In this document: piece after piece, positions 29,959 through 40,250 of the stretch
Numbering within the stretch: position 1 is the stretch's first letter
How the letters are laid out: each line of letters begins with the position of its first letter
Assembly (NCBI GenBank): GCA_965648905.1
Contig: CBFGIT010000014.1
Span: 1-64,000 of the forward strand
DNA length: 64,000 bases
Direction: 5' to 3'
Source of the DNA: a candidate division WOR-3 bacterium
Lineage (GTDB): Bacteria > Hydrothermota > Tepidihabitantia > Tepidihabitantales > Tepidihabitantaceae
The notes under the pieces: model-generated
Seen by the model: the letters and a program-made list of their open reading frames with translations, nothing else
Databases searched by the model: none
Told to the model about the DNA's origin: nothing
Made by a program: the position numbers and the translations under genes

Positions 29959-31551
29959 CTACTCGACCTTTTCGGCTTCGTCCATGACTTCCTCAATGGT
30001 TGTGACGCCATCCACGACTTTCTGGATGCCGTCCTCCCAGAGGGTCTTCATGCCGTACTCACGGGCCAGAGCACGTATCGCACTCGTGGGTGGCCGCGTC
30101 ACGACAAGCTCGCGGATGCGGTCGTTCATCTTCAAGACTTCGAAAATGCCGATTCGGCCTTGATAACCGGTGTTACGGCAGCGGTCGCAGCCCCGGCCTC
30201 GGTAGAACTTCGTTCCCGCGGGCAGTTCCAGCTCCTCAAGCAGCTTGGCGGGCGGGTCGTACGGTTCCTTGCACTTGCCGCAGATCTTGCGCACGAGCCG
30301 CTGCGCCACCGTGCCTTCGGTCGCAGACGCGACCAGGAAGGGTTCGATGCCCATGTCGATGAGACGCGTAATGGTGCCGGGCGCGTCGTTGGTGTGGATT
30401 GTTGAGAAGACGAGCTGGCCGGTCAGGGCCGCCCGAATCGCTACACCCGCGGTCTCACCGTCACGAATCTCGCCGATCATGATAACGTCCGGGTCCTGGC
30501 GCAGGATGTGCTTCAATCCCAGGAGGTACGTGTAGCCAGCCTTTTCGTTGACCTGGGACTGACAGATTTTGTCCATGTCGTATTCGACCGGGTCCTCGAT
30601 GGTGATGATGTTCTTGTCGCCAGACCGGATTTCACCGAGGATTGCGTAGACGGTCGTAGACTTGCCCGAGCCGGTCGGCCCAGTGACCAGGAGCACGCCG
30701 TGCGGTTTGGCGATCATTTCCCGCATCACCGTGGCCGAGTCTCCCATCAGTCCGAGTTCGTCAAGGGAGAGTAGGCGCATCCGGTCGAGGATACGCATGA
30801 CTACAGTCTCGCCGTAGGTCGTCGGGAAGGTGGAGACGCGGAAGTCGATTTCGCGGCCGTCCACCAGAGCACCATAACGGCCGTCCTGCGGCACGCGCTT
30901 CTCGGCGATGTTCATGCGCGACATGATCTTGATACGGGAGACGACGGCGAGCTGCAAGGCCTTCTTCGGTGAGACGATAGGGTGGAGAATACCGTCAATC
31001 CGGAACCGGACGGTAAGGCCTTCGCGGGTTGGCTCGATGTGAATATCGGAAGCGCGTTCGCGCACGGCGCGGATAATCATCTGGTTGACCCAGCGGACTA
31101 CCGGGGCTTCGGACGCCAGCTCTTCGAGCTTGGTCGGCGAGACCCCCTGCTCCGCGGCAGCACCCTCTTCTTCGTCGGGCAGGTCGTCGAGGCTGGTCAT
31201 GTCCGGTTCGTCCGGGATGTCGGGCTGCTGGGGTGTCGTATAGTACTGGTTGAGCGCCTGAAAGAAGTCGAGTTCACGGCAGACCATCGGTTCGACCTCC
31301 ATGCCGGTCATGCGTCGCACCTCGTCGAGAATGAATATCTGCCCCGGGTCGACCAGGGCGACGGCCAAGGTGTTGCCGGAGCGAAAGAGCGGGATCAGTT
31401 TATTGCTGCGCATGAACGGTTCCGGGAACATCTGCAGTACCTCGGAATCGACCCGGAAGTTGGTCAGGTCGACAAACGGTACGCCGTACTTCTGTTCCAG
31501 AGCCGTGCCGGTATCTTCGGCCGGCGTTTGTTGTTGCTGTTCATCTGCCAT
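29959..31551 (-). CDS. GspE/PilB family assembly ATPase
   Basis: ASDIHIEP, EKRVPQDG, GPTGSGKSTT, TIEDPVE, LRQDPDVIMIGEIRD, STIHTND, zinc CxxC pairs. Confidence 0.94.
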   Translation of the reverse strand: MADEQQQQTPAEDTGTALEQKYGVPFVDLTNFRVDSEVLQMFPEPFMRSNKLIPLFRSGNTLAVALVDPGQIFILDEVRRMTGMEVEPMVCRELDFFQALNQYYTTPQQPDIPDEPDMTSLDDLPDEEEGAAAEQGVSPTKLEELASEAPVVRWVNQMIIRAVRERASDIHIEPTREGLTVRFRIDGILHPIVSPKKALQLAVVSRIKIMSRMNIAEKRVPQDGRYGALVDGREIDFRVSTFPTTYGETVVMRILDRMRLLSLDELGLMGDSATVMREMIAKPHGVLLVTGPTGSGKSTTVYAILGEIRSGDKNIITIEDPVEYDMDKICQSQVNEKAGYTYLLGLKHILRQDPDVIMIGEIRDGETAGVAIRAALTGQLVFSTIHTNDAPGTITRLIDMGIEPFLVASATEGTVAQRLVRKICGKCKEPYDPPAKLLEELELPAGTKFYRGRGCDRCRNTGYQGRIGIFEVLKMNDRIRELVVTRPPTSAIRALAREYGMKTLWEDGIQKVVDGVTTIEEVMDEAEKVE

Positions 31552-31648
31552 CTCAAACCTCCTTAATGCCGACAGCCAGGACCGGCGGCATTGCGCCTGG
31601 CCGGACCGGACCTGTCAGCGGAGAGCATCGGCGCCCTCATGGTGCATC

Positions 31649-31678
31649 ATTATACCCTGCCCGCTAGGCCCATGTCAA
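31649..31678 (-). promoter_or_regulatory. Consensus sigma70 promoter for the pilB/pilC-like pair
   Basis: TTGACA-18-TATAAT on the minus strand. Confidence 0.7.
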
Positions 31679-31957
31679 CGTGTGCGCAATCAGGGGGTAG
31701 TGTCAGCGTCGGTTCGTGTTCGTCGCGGGACCGTCCGGTCCAACGTCGGGCGTGGCACGTCACAGGCACGCGACCGGTTCACGGGCCGTCTTCTGGCTGG
31801 CGCGGTCGTAAGATGGTGGCGGTCCGGTCCGGCTCCGGGGCGACACAAGGATTGACAGCTCGTGCTCCGGCTCCTATCATAACTCTTGGACCATCAAACA
31901 ACCCAGACCGTGGGCCGCACCGGCGGTCCCCTGGTCCGGCCTAGCCAAGGAGGCAAG

Positions 31958-34162
31958 TTGCCGCGTCCGACAGTTGCTGCCGCGTTTTTTGTGCTGATGC
32001 TCGGGGTCTCGACCGGGGACGCTGAGTTGCATCGACTCGGGCTGATTCGTGAGGACCTGACCAGGATAGCGCCTGAGCGTGAGGTGAAAGTCGTTCTTCC
32101 GGTCCCAGGAGCTGGTTCTTTCCGCGACCGGCCGCGCGTGGACCTGACTGATGAGATGCCCCCGGTCGGCAATCAGGGTGCTCAAGGTTCGTGTGCGGCC
32201 TGGGCCATCGCCTACTATCACCGGACCCAGCTTGAGTATCGTGAGCGGCGCTGGAACCTGGCCGACCCTCGACACCAGTTCAGCCCGGCGTTCACCTACA
32301 ACCAGGTGAACGGCGGCGCGGACCGCGGGTCCGGGTTTGGTGACAATATGCCGCTTATCTGCGACCAGGGTTGCGCAAGCCTGTATGACTTTCCCTACGA
32401 CCAGTACAACTGCACCCGCTGGCCTTCAGAGTCGGCCTATGCCCGGGCGATTCCGTTCCGGACCAAGGACTGGAGCTGGGCGCACGTCTATGACACTTCG
32501 GGTATCAATCGCATCAAGCAATTGCTGGTCAACGGCAGTACCGCAACGCTCGGAATCGACGTCTGGGGCAACTTCGACGAAATCAGACGATTCAACAACA
32601 CGTACTGCGTGGCCGACAAGATGGGGTCGAATCGGGGCGGTCATCTGGTTACGTTCGTCGGCTACGATGACTCGATGGTCACCAACGACGGGCCCGGTGC
32701 GTTCAAGATGGTGAACTCCTGGGGAGCAGGTTGGGGTGCGCAGGGATACTTCTGGATGTCCTACGAGGCAGTCATGGACTGGGACTTGAGCCATCAGGCA
32801 TTCGGCTGGCTGGTGGATACCGTCGGGTACGAGCCTAAGCTCCTGGCCCGGGTGCAGATTGAGCATCCAACCCGGGACAGAGTCGGCATTCAATTCACGG
32901 TCGGGCCGCGCTTCAACGCGTTCTGGATAAAGGATTTCCGGCAGTGGCGAAGGGTCGCGGTTGAGCAACCGTTTCCGGCCAACAAGATGGTCTTCGACCT
33001 GACCGAGGCCGCGGACTTCATCACCAGTCGGCGAACTGACTCGGTCTATTTCTGTACTAACGACAGCCGCCGCGACAACCAGACCGGGACGGTTCTGTAT
33101 TCCTCGGTGCAGCATCTGGATTGGGGCACCGAGTTCACCTCAAACGCGACACCGGTGCCGATTCCTGACGACGGCTCCACGGCCGAAGTTGGCATGAGAA
33201 TTCTCGAACTTGACCGCGACGTCTCCTGTACCTGGGTCTTTGAGCCATCGGGCAGGGTCGAACCGGAGAGTTCCTGTGTTCCCCGGGTCGAGGTGAGGAG
33301 CTTCGGTGCCGAGCCGGCCACATTTGCGGTCGGACTGGCGATCGGCAGCGGCTACTACGATACGGCGTGGGTGACCGGGCTGGTTCGCACCCGGGCCGAG
33401 ACACTGAGCTTCATGCCCTGGGTCGCAGCACCGCGCTGCACGGTTGCGGTCAGGTGCTCGACGATGCTGGCCGGAGACCAGTATCCTGACAATGACCGTA
33501 ACCTGGTTCAGGCTTTTTCCCGTTACACTGACGCCGCGGTCGTCAGTATCACGGCACCGGGCGATACGGTCGATTCGGGCATCGTGGTCCGGCCTCAGGT
33601 GCGCGTCCGCAACAACGGGACTCAGACCGAGAGTTTCCTCGTGACGTTCATGATTCCGGATGAGGGTTATCAACGCACCGCCCGCGCCACGGTTCCGGCT
33701 GACACCGAGATGCTGGTTCTGTTTACGCCTTGGACGCCGGCAGGCCTCGGCAGTCACCTGATGCGCTGCACCTTGGAGATGGCCGGCGACATGGAGCCGA
33801 GCAATGACTCGTTAGTCGGTACGGTTTTTGTTCGATCCGGTTCCGGAGTGGGTGAGGCTTCGTTCGCGGAACAGACTGGTCTGTCCAGACCGGTCTCGAC
33901 CGTGTGCGCTGGGCGATTCGTTGCGGCGCTGGCCGTCCCCCCAAACACCCATGCCAAGCTGACGGTCTTTGACGTTTCAGGAGTGCGCGTGCGGCAGGTT
34001 TCCTTAGTCAGCGGCGGCGTCAGGTACTGCGAGATGGTCTGGGACGGCAGAGATGACAACGGAGTCTTGGTCCCACCGGGCGCGTATCTGTGTCAATTGG
34101 AGGCTGGTCAGATAAGCTCGACGGTCAAGCTGGTCCTTTGCGCGGCGTCCGCCGGTCGCTAG
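31958..34162 (+). CDS. Secreted papain-like (C1) cysteine peptidase with CARDB and FlgD/T9SS-type C-terminal domains
   Basis: NQGAQGSCAAWA (Cys), GGHLVTFVGYDD (His), NSWGAGWG (Asn); WDGRDDNG...GAY; TTG start chosen from SD AAGGAGG. Confidence 0.88.
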   Translation: MPRPTVAAAFFVLMLGVSTGDAELHRLGLIREDLTRIAPEREVKVVLPVPGAGSFRDRPRVDLTDEMPPVGNQGAQGSCAAWAIAYYHRTQLEYRERRWNLADPRHQFSPAFTYNQVNGGADRGSGFGDNMPLICDQGCASLYDFPYDQYNCTRWPSESAYARAIPFRTKDWSWAHVYDTSGINRIKQLLVNGSTATLGIDVWGNFDEIRRFNNTYCVADKMGSNRGGHLVTFVGYDDSMVTNDGPGAFKMVNSWGAGWGAQGYFWMSYEAVMDWDLSHQAFGWLVDTVGYEPKLLARVQIEHPTRDRVGIQFTVGPRFNAFWIKDFRQWRRVAVEQPFPANKMVFDLTEAADFITSRRTDSVYFCTNDSRRDNQTGTVLYSSVQHLDWGTEFTSNATPVPIPDDGSTAEVGMRILELDRDVSCTWVFEPSGRVEPESSCVPRVEVRSFGAEPATFAVGLAIGSGYYDTAWVTGLVRTRAETLSFMPWVAAPRCTVAVRCSTMLAGDQYPDNDRNLVQAFSRYTDAAVVSITAPGDTVDSGIVVRPQVRVRNNGTQTESFLVTFMIPDEGYQRTARATVPADTEMLVLFTPWTPAGLGSHLMRCTLEMAGDMEPSNDSLVGTVFVRSGSGVGEASFAEQTGLSRPVSTVCAGRFVAALAVPPNTHAKLTVFDVSGVRVRQVSLVSGGVRYCEMVWDGRDDNGVLVPPGAYLCQLEAGQISSTVKLVLCAASAGR

Positions 34163-34237
34163 CTACTGCTCGCCGTTCGCCGCCCGCCCGGCGACGGTGG
34201 CTTGACTTTGCTCGGGGCCGGTCTACACTTACCGCCG

Positions 34238-35392
34238 ATGTGGTCAGTCGTCGTCACTTTGATTGGCGTGTTGTCGGTTCAAGGTGACCTGAAGATGGTC
34301 ATTGAGCCGGCGGTCTATCCGTCGACTGAAAGCACGGCGATTCTGGAACTGGCCTATGAAATACCCCATACTTCCCTCGCATTCACGCGCGATGGTGTGT
34401 CGTACGTGGCCCGGTACCGTGCAGTAGTTCAGATCGCGGACCGGCGTGGCAACGTGCTCGCGGGAGATGTCTGGGACCGGGAGGTGCGGGTTGACGGCTA
34501 TGACCGGACCGTGGCGCGGGACTCGGCAGAGCAAGGAGTAATTCGGCTGCCGTTCGGTCTGGGCGGAAGAAGCGGCCGGGTTGACTTTTCGGACCGGACC
34601 AGCGAACGCCGAGGCCGGGCCGAGTTCGGGGTTGAAGTTCCGCGGGCGGGGTTGGTGCTGAGGCTGTTCAAGTCCGGTCAGGAATTTGCTTCGCGGAAGT
34701 ACGGAGCAGAAGATACAATTGAGGCAGTGGCTCAGGCGTCGGCGCCGCTCGAGAGCTGCCGGTTTGCGTTGCTGGACAACAGCCGGGTTGTCGCCGAGAC
34801 GACGGCCCGGTTTGATGAAGAGCGGGTGGCGCGTTTTGCGTATTCGATTCCCGACAGCACGGGGGTGGTGCGACTGGGCGGGAACTCGTATGTGATTGAG
34901 GCATCGGCCCGAAATGGGAATGAGCGACTTGCCGTCCGGGTCGGTCTGAGGGTGGACGTGCCGTTCTATTTGAACGACGAGGCCTGGCTGGAGAGAGTGG
35001 AGCGGCTGCTGTACGTTGCGAGCGCGAGTGAGATGGCACGGCTGAGGGCAGTTCCCAGGGCAGTGCGGAAGCAGGCTTGGCAGGGTTTCTGGAAATCCAA
35101 GGACCAGACCCCGACGACCGAGCGGAACGAGCGCGAGGAGGAGTACTTTGAGCGGATTGCCTATGCCGAAGAGCACTTCGGTCACGGTGACCGGGGCTAC
35201 AAGAGCGACCGGGCCCGGGTGTATGTGCGCTGCGGGCCGCCGGACCAGATAGAGAGCCGGCCATTTGAGCTTGACTCGCCGGCTTATGAGATATGGCAAT
35301 ATTTCCGCCCGAATCGTCGGTTCGTGTTCGTAGACCGTTTCGGCACGGGCGAGATGAGGCTGCAGAATCCGGGGATGCTCGATGACCTGTAG
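34238..35392 (+). CDS. GWxTD domain-containing protein
   Basis: FWKSKDQTPTTERNE..EEYFERIAYA...GYKSDRARVY..GPPD. Confidence 0.85.
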   Translation: MWSVVVTLIGVLSVQGDLKMVIEPAVYPSTESTAILELAYEIPHTSLAFTRDGVSYVARYRAVVQIADRRGNVLAGDVWDREVRVDGYDRTVARDSAEQGVIRLPFGLGGRSGRVDFSDRTSERRGRAEFGVEVPRAGLVLRLFKSGQEFASRKYGAEDTIEAVAQASAPLESCRFALLDNSRVVAETTARFDEERVARFAYSIPDSTGVVRLGGNSYVIEASARNGNERLAVRVGLRVDVPFYLNDEAWLERVERLLYVASASEMARLRAVPRAVRKQAWQGFWKSKDQTPTTERNEREEEYFERIAYAEEHFGHGDRGYKSDRARVYVRCGPPDQIESRPFELDSPAYEIWQYFRPNRRFVFVDRFGTGEMRLQNPGMLDDL

Positions 35393-36662
35393 TCTGGTCG
35401 GGGTCGCGCTGGTTTTCCTGTCGGCGATTGATTTCAGCGTGGACTGGGCCGCGTTCCGGGCCGGACCGGAGTCGAGTCGAGTTGAGTTCTTCTACGGGAT
35501 TCCGTATGACCAGTTGTTGTACACACAGACCGACTCGGGAATCAACGCCCGGTTTGCTGTGCAGATGGAGCTGAGCGGTATCGGCACGAGTTTCCGGGAA
35601 CAGGGGACCATCAGGAAGCGGGCACGGCTGACCTCGTTCCGGGAGGCCGAGCGGGTGCGGCGGTCTTTCGTGGACGGGTTCAGCGTGGTTGCGCCGCCAG
35701 GCCGGTACCGGTTCCGTATCGCTGTTGCCGAGTCAACGGCCAGTGGGGTGAACCAGGGCATGCGTGAGGACAGCATCGAGGTTCCCGGGTTTGCCGGCGG
35801 CCTGACTTTGAGTTCGTTGCAGCTCGGAGCGAGTCTGACGACCGACACGGTAACGGGTGCCGTTTCGGTGATTCCGAGTCCGGGTCTCAGGTTCGGTATC
35901 GGCGGCAACGACGCAGTCTACGTCTATTTCGAAGGCTATGGTCTGAGCCTGGACACGAACCAGTATCGGATTGACGTCGCCGTGCTGAGGCCCGGGTCGG
36001 ATGACACACTGGTGCGGGGCGGGCCGCTGTTCCGTCCCAAGGCCGGGGCTGACGTCGCCACCGCCCTGGGCGTCAGCCTGGAGGCGGTCGGGCCGGGGCC
36101 GTGCGTGCTGGCGCTTTCTTTGGCCGACCTTGCCACTGGACAGCGCGTTGGCGGAACGAAACGTTTTGTCGTCGGCGAGGGGGCGGCCGGCCCGGGGTTC
36201 CGCGTCAGTCTTGACAGTTTGACCGGGCGCGAGCGACGGTACTATCGCGAGGTCGAATTCATTGCGACACCCGGGGAGCTTAAGTACTATGCGGCGCTGT
36301 CGGATTCGGGCAAAGAGGCGTGGCTGGCCCGGTTCTGGGCCCGGCACAATCTGACCGAGTATGCCCGGAGGATGGAGACAGCAGAAGAGCGATACCGGCG
36401 TCAGCGGACGCCGGGCGTGAAGACCGACCGGGGGCGGGTTTACGTCAAGTACGGCGAACCTGATGCGGTCGAGCAGAAGGTCATCGAGACCGACGCCCGG
36501 TCGCGCGAGTACTGGCACTACTACGGGACCGGGTACACGTTCGTGTTCATCGATATCCGGGGCGACGGCGACTTCCGTCTTGCCTGGACAAACAGCAAAG
36601 ATGAACCGCGAACCGGCCTTGAGGACTACCTGCTGCCGGCCGAGCAGGAGCAGTTTCGGTGA
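35382..36662 (+). CDS. GWxTD domain-containing protein
   Basis: EYARR...GVKTDRGRVYVKYGEPD...W.Y...FVFID. Confidence 0.85.
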   Translation: MTCSLVGVALVFLSAIDFSVDWAAFRAGPESSRVEFFYGIPYDQLLYTQTDSGINARFAVQMELSGIGTSFREQGTIRKRARLTSFREAERVRRSFVDGFSVVAPPGRYRFRIAVAESTASGVNQGMREDSIEVPGFAGGLTLSSLQLGASLTTDTVTGAVSVIPSPGLRFGIGGNDAVYVYFEGYGLSLDTNQYRIDVAVLRPGSDDTLVRGGPLFRPKAGADVATALGVSLEAVGPGPCVLALSLADLATGQRVGGTKRFVVGEGAAGPGFRVSLDSLTGRERRYYREVEFIATPGELKYYAALSDSGKEAWLARFWARHNLTEYARRMETAEERYRRQRTPGVKTDRGRVYVKYGEPDAVEQKVIETDARSREYWHYYGTGYTFVFIDIRGDGDFRLAWTNSKDEPRTGLEDYLLPAEQEQFR

Positions 36663-36686
36663 ACGGCCAGCGATGAGCGACGAGAG

Positions 36687-37508
36687 ATGAGTGCGGCAGA
36701 ACGGGTGGCGCGGGTTGAGTTTCACCCGCTCAAAGTCGAGCCCTGCTTCGTCCCTGACGGGATGGAACTCGACGTGGGTGAAATGGTGGTTGTCCGGGAT
36801 GATGACGGGGAAGACGCCGGGTTCGTGGTTGGTCTGACCGACACGGACGAGGGGCAGCACCGAATTCTGCGTCGAGCCAGTGATGAGGAACGTCTGCGCC
36901 GGCGTGAGCTTGAGCGCGAGGACGAACGTGCTGCTGCGGCGCTTGAGCAGGTCGGGTCGGAGCTGGCGATGGATCTGCGAGTGATCGGTGCACACTGGCG
37001 TTTTGATCGACGAAAGGTCTTCCTGTATTTTGCGTCCGAAGCACGGATTGACGTCCGGCATCTGCAGCGGGCGGCTGCCGCGGCAATCGGAGCCCGGGTA
37101 GCACTGAGGCAGGTCGGGGTCAGAGACCATGCGCGGCTGCTAGGCGGGCTGGGGAGCTGCGGCCGTGAGGTGTGTTGTCGTCGGTTCATCCGCGAGCTGA
37201 AGCCGATTGCCCTGCGGATGGCACGGCAGCAGAGTCTTTTTGTTGAGTCGGGCAAGATCTCCGGGTTGTGCGGGAAGTTGCTGTGCTGTTTGGGATTCGA
37301 GGATGAGGCGTACCAGGAGTGGCTGAAGGAGATGCCCAGAGTGGGCGATACGGTGCTCACCGGCCGAGGGCCGTGCGTGGTCGTCGGGGTGGATACGGCC
37401 AAGCGCCGGCTGAATCTGAAGGACGCAAGTGGCGCTGATGAGACGGTTGCGCTGGAGGAACTGGGCCGGGAGAGGGGACAGAGCGCGCAGGGCGCAGACC
37501 GAGGTTAG
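36687..37508 (+). CDS. PSP1/RicT (YaaT) family Fe-S protein
   Basis: RQVGVRD.AR.LGGLGSCGREVCC, MARQQSL, KISGLCGKLLCCL. Confidence 0.9.
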   Translation: MSAAERVARVEFHPLKVEPCFVPDGMELDVGEMVVVRDDDGEDAGFVVGLTDTDEGQHRILRRASDEERLRRRELEREDERAAAALEQVGSELAMDLRVIGAHWRFDRRKVFLYFASEARIDVRHLQRAAAAAIGARVALRQVGVRDHARLLGGLGSCGREVCCRRFIRELKPIALRMARQQSLFVESGKISGLCGKLLCCLGFEDEAYQEWLKEMPRVGDTVLTGRGPCVVVGVDTAKRRLNLKDASGADETVALEELGRERGQSAQGADRG

Positions 37509-37530
37509 AACGCAGGTGTCGAGATGCAAG

Positions 37531-38820
37531 ATGTACGAGAGCGAGAGGCGAGCGGTGAGCGGCGTGACTGAGCAGGTGGCACTGCGAGAGCGGATTGACG
37601 CGACACTGCTGGAACGAATGGTTGAACAGGGCAAGGTCGTGTTGCTTGGTTCGCGCAGGCATGGCATCGCGCCGGTGGCGGTGGGAAAGGGAACCAGAGT
37701 GAAGGTCAACGCCAATATCGGAACGTCACCTGACGTTGGCGACCTGGCACAGGAGCTTGCCAAGTTGAAGGTTGCGGTCGAGGCAGGGGCGGATGCGGTT
37801 ATGGACCTGTCCGTAGGCCCGGACACGGATGAGGTGAGGCGGGCAGTGATTGCCGAAGCGAAGGTTCCGGTCGGCACCGTGCCGATCTACCAGGTTGCGC
37901 TCGACAGCCGGAAACAAGGCCGGTCGTTTGTCGAGACGAGCCGACGTGAGGTCCTGGCGGGCGTGGAGAAGCACCTGGCTGACGGCGTTGATTTCATCAC
38001 GGTCCATTGCGGCATCAACCTGAGGAACGTTCCGGCATTGGCTCGGGCCGGACGACTGTGTGGCGTGGTCAGTCGCGGCGGCTCGATGACCATTGAGTGG
38101 ATGCGGCATAATCGGCAGGAGAACCCATTGTACGAGTGCTATGACGAGGTCCTGGCAATGGCCCGGGAGTACGGGGCAGCCTTGTCGCTCGGTGACGGAC
38201 TGAGACCCGGCGCGCTGGCCGACGCTACCGACGAAGCTCAGATTGCCGAGCTTCTGACCATCGGCGAACTGGTGATGCGGGCGCGTGATGCAGGCGTGGC
38301 GGCGATTGTCGAGGGGCCGGGGCACGTGCCGCTTGACCAGATTGAGGCGAACGTCGTGCTTGAGAAGCGGGTCTGCGACGAGGCACCGTTCTATCTGCTC
38401 GGTCCGCTGGTCACCGACGTGGCCTGCGGCTACGACCACATCAGCGGTGCAATCGGCGGCGCCCTGGCTGCGTTCTATGGCGCCGATTTCCTCTGTTACG
38501 TCACGCCGACCGAGCATCTTGCGCTACCCGGGGTCGCCGACGTGCGGGCCGGTGTTATCGCATCGCGGATCGCGGCCCACGCCGCCGACGTTGCCCGGCG
38601 TCATCCGGGTGCGCTCGACTGGGACCGTCGGGTGTCGGCGGCACGGGCAGCACTGGACTGGGACGCGATGATCGCCGGTTCGATTGACCCGGCGCGTGCC
38701 CGAGAGGTGTTTGGCGCAGCCCGCTCGCGCACTGAAGGGGCCTGCACGATGTGCGGTGAATTCTGCGCGATTAGAAGAATGAAGACCGACAAGACAAGAC
38801 AGGAGCAAACTGATGGTTAA
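37531..38820 (+). CDS. thiC: Phosphomethylpyrimidine synthase ThiC (short type)
   Basis: KVNANIGTS, GADAVMDLS, GTVPIYQ, VSRGGS, SLGDGLRPG, EGPGHVP, LCYVTPTEHL, CTMCGEFC; start uncertain. Confidence 0.9.
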   Translation: MYESERRAVSGVTEQVALRERIDATLLERMVEQGKVVLLGSRRHGIAPVAVGKGTRVKVNANIGTSPDVGDLAQELAKLKVAVEAGADAVMDLSVGPDTDEVRRAVIAEAKVPVGTVPIYQVALDSRKQGRSFVETSRREVLAGVEKHLADGVDFITVHCGINLRNVPALARAGRLCGVVSRGGSMTIEWMRHNRQENPLYECYDEVLAMAREYGAALSLGDGLRPGALADATDEAQIAELLTIGELVMRARDAGVAAIVEGPGHVPLDQIEANVVLEKRVCDEAPFYLLGPLVTDVACGYDHISGAIGGALAAFYGADFLCYVTPTEHLALPGVADVRAGVIASRIAAHAADVARRHPGALDWDRRVSAARAALDWDAMIAGSIDPARAREVFGAARSRTEGACTMCGEFCAIRRMKTDKTRQEQTDG

Positions 38821-39910
38821 GCCGAAGTACCGACTGCATACACCCGGACCGGTTGACGTGCCCGCCCCGGTCCTCAACGAGATGGCAAGCGCACTGGTCT
38901 ATCATCGTGAAGCATCGTTCACCACGATTTTCGAATCAGTGACCCGGGGGCTGCAGAAGATGCTGCTGACCAAGAGCGAGGTGCACGTGCTGACCGCATC
39001 AGGCACCGGTGCGATGGAAGCGGCAGTGTGTAATCTCGTGAGTCCGGGCGACAAGGTTGTGGTTGTGACTGCCGGTAAATTCGGCGAGCGGTGGCGCGAG
39101 CTGAGCCTGCGCTGGGGAGCGTTTGTCGACGAGATCAACCAACCCTACGGGCGTTCGGTCGCACCCGAGGAGCTCGAACGCAAGCTCCGTGCTAACGAGT
39201 CGGCCCGGGTTGTTCTGACGACCTTGACTGAGACCTCGACCGGCGCGTTGAGTGATGTGAAGGCCTACGGCGATGTGTGCCACCGGTTGAACCGCGTCCT
39301 GGTGGTTGATGCGATTGCCGGTCTGGCCGCAGACGAGCTGCGGATGGACGAATGGCACATCGACGTGGTCGTCGGCGGGAGCCAGAAGGGCCCGGCCGTG
39401 CCGCCGGGGCTGTCGTTCATCGCCGTCAGCCCGCGGGCGGCAGAGGTTGTGGACCGGGCCAAAGGGCCGAGGTTCTACTTTGACCTGCGGACTTCGCGAC
39501 GCTTCAAGGAGAAAGGTCAGACGCCGTGGACACCGGCAATATCCATCTTCTATGCTCTTGACTGCGCACTCAAGCGCCTGCACAAGGCCGGCATGGCGCG
39601 CTGCTGGAAAGAACACAAGGCCGCTGCCGATCTGGTCAGGGGCAAGGTCGCTGAGCTTGGTCTGACCCTGTTTCCAGAGCGTCCATCAAACGCCCTGACC
39701 GTGATACGCATGCCCGAGGGCGTTGACGGCACCAAGGTTGTCGAGTACTGCAAGAAGCGGGACAAGATTCTTCTGGCCAACGGCCAGGCAGAGATGCGCG
39801 GCAAGGTCGTCCGAATCGGGCACATGGGTCCGGTCAAGCCGGCTGAGCTGTCCCGAGTCTTTGATGCCTTCAAGAGGGCCTACCGCGCAACCGCTGGTCG
39901 CGCGAAGTAA
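38813..39910 (+). CDS. Class V PLP aminotransferase (alanine-glyoxylate/serine-pyruvate family)
   Basis: TPGP, SGTGAMEAA, ETSTG, VVDAI, GSQKG (PLP Lys), TPWTP, RIGHMG. Confidence 0.92.
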   Translation: MVKPKYRLHTPGPVDVPAPVLNEMASALVYHREASFTTIFESVTRGLQKMLLTKSEVHVLTASGTGAMEAAVCNLVSPGDKVVVVTAGKFGERWRELSLRWGAFVDEINQPYGRSVAPEELERKLRANESARVVLTTLTETSTGALSDVKAYGDVCHRLNRVLVVDAIAGLAADELRMDEWHIDVVVGGSQKGPAVPPGLSFIAVSPRAAEVVDRAKGPRFYFDLRTSRRFKEKGQTPWTPAISIFYALDCALKRLHKAGMARCWKEHKAAADLVRGKVAELGLTLFPERPSNALTVIRMPEGVDGTKVVEYCKKRDKILLANGQAEMRGKVVRIGHMGPVKPAELSRVFDAFKRAYRATAGRAK

Positions 39911-40063
39911 AGCTCGCTCAGCCAAGAGGTTGGCCGATTTCGGTCCACTCAGTCCGAAGTTGTCGCAGTTGCTGGCTGTAAGTCTAACTCGTTGCTCGTC
40001 AGTATGTTAGTGTGGTCTAGCTATTCGGCACGGGTTGTGCAGAATGGAAGCTGGGAGAATAAC

Positions 40064-40249
40064 ATGCGATTGCCACCTCTGCGTCTTTCGGCCGTGTTTG
40101 CTGGTGGGCTGGCCCTGATACTGCTTGGCATGGCAGCGAGCCTCAGTCTCAGGCCAGGAGAAGCGGTTGTGCCGCTTTTCTCAGTAGTCGGTACGCTGGT
40201 GATGATGACCGCGGGCGGTCCGGGCCGCGGGCCTGGAGTCCCGCACTGA
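40064..40249 (+). CDS. Possible small two-TM membrane protein
   Basis: Two hydrophobic segments, weak SD; no recognised family. Confidence 0.3.
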   Translation: MRLPPLRLSAVFAGGLALILLGMAASLSLRPGEAVVPLFSVVGTLVMMTAGGPGRGPGVPH

Positions 40250-40250
40250 A

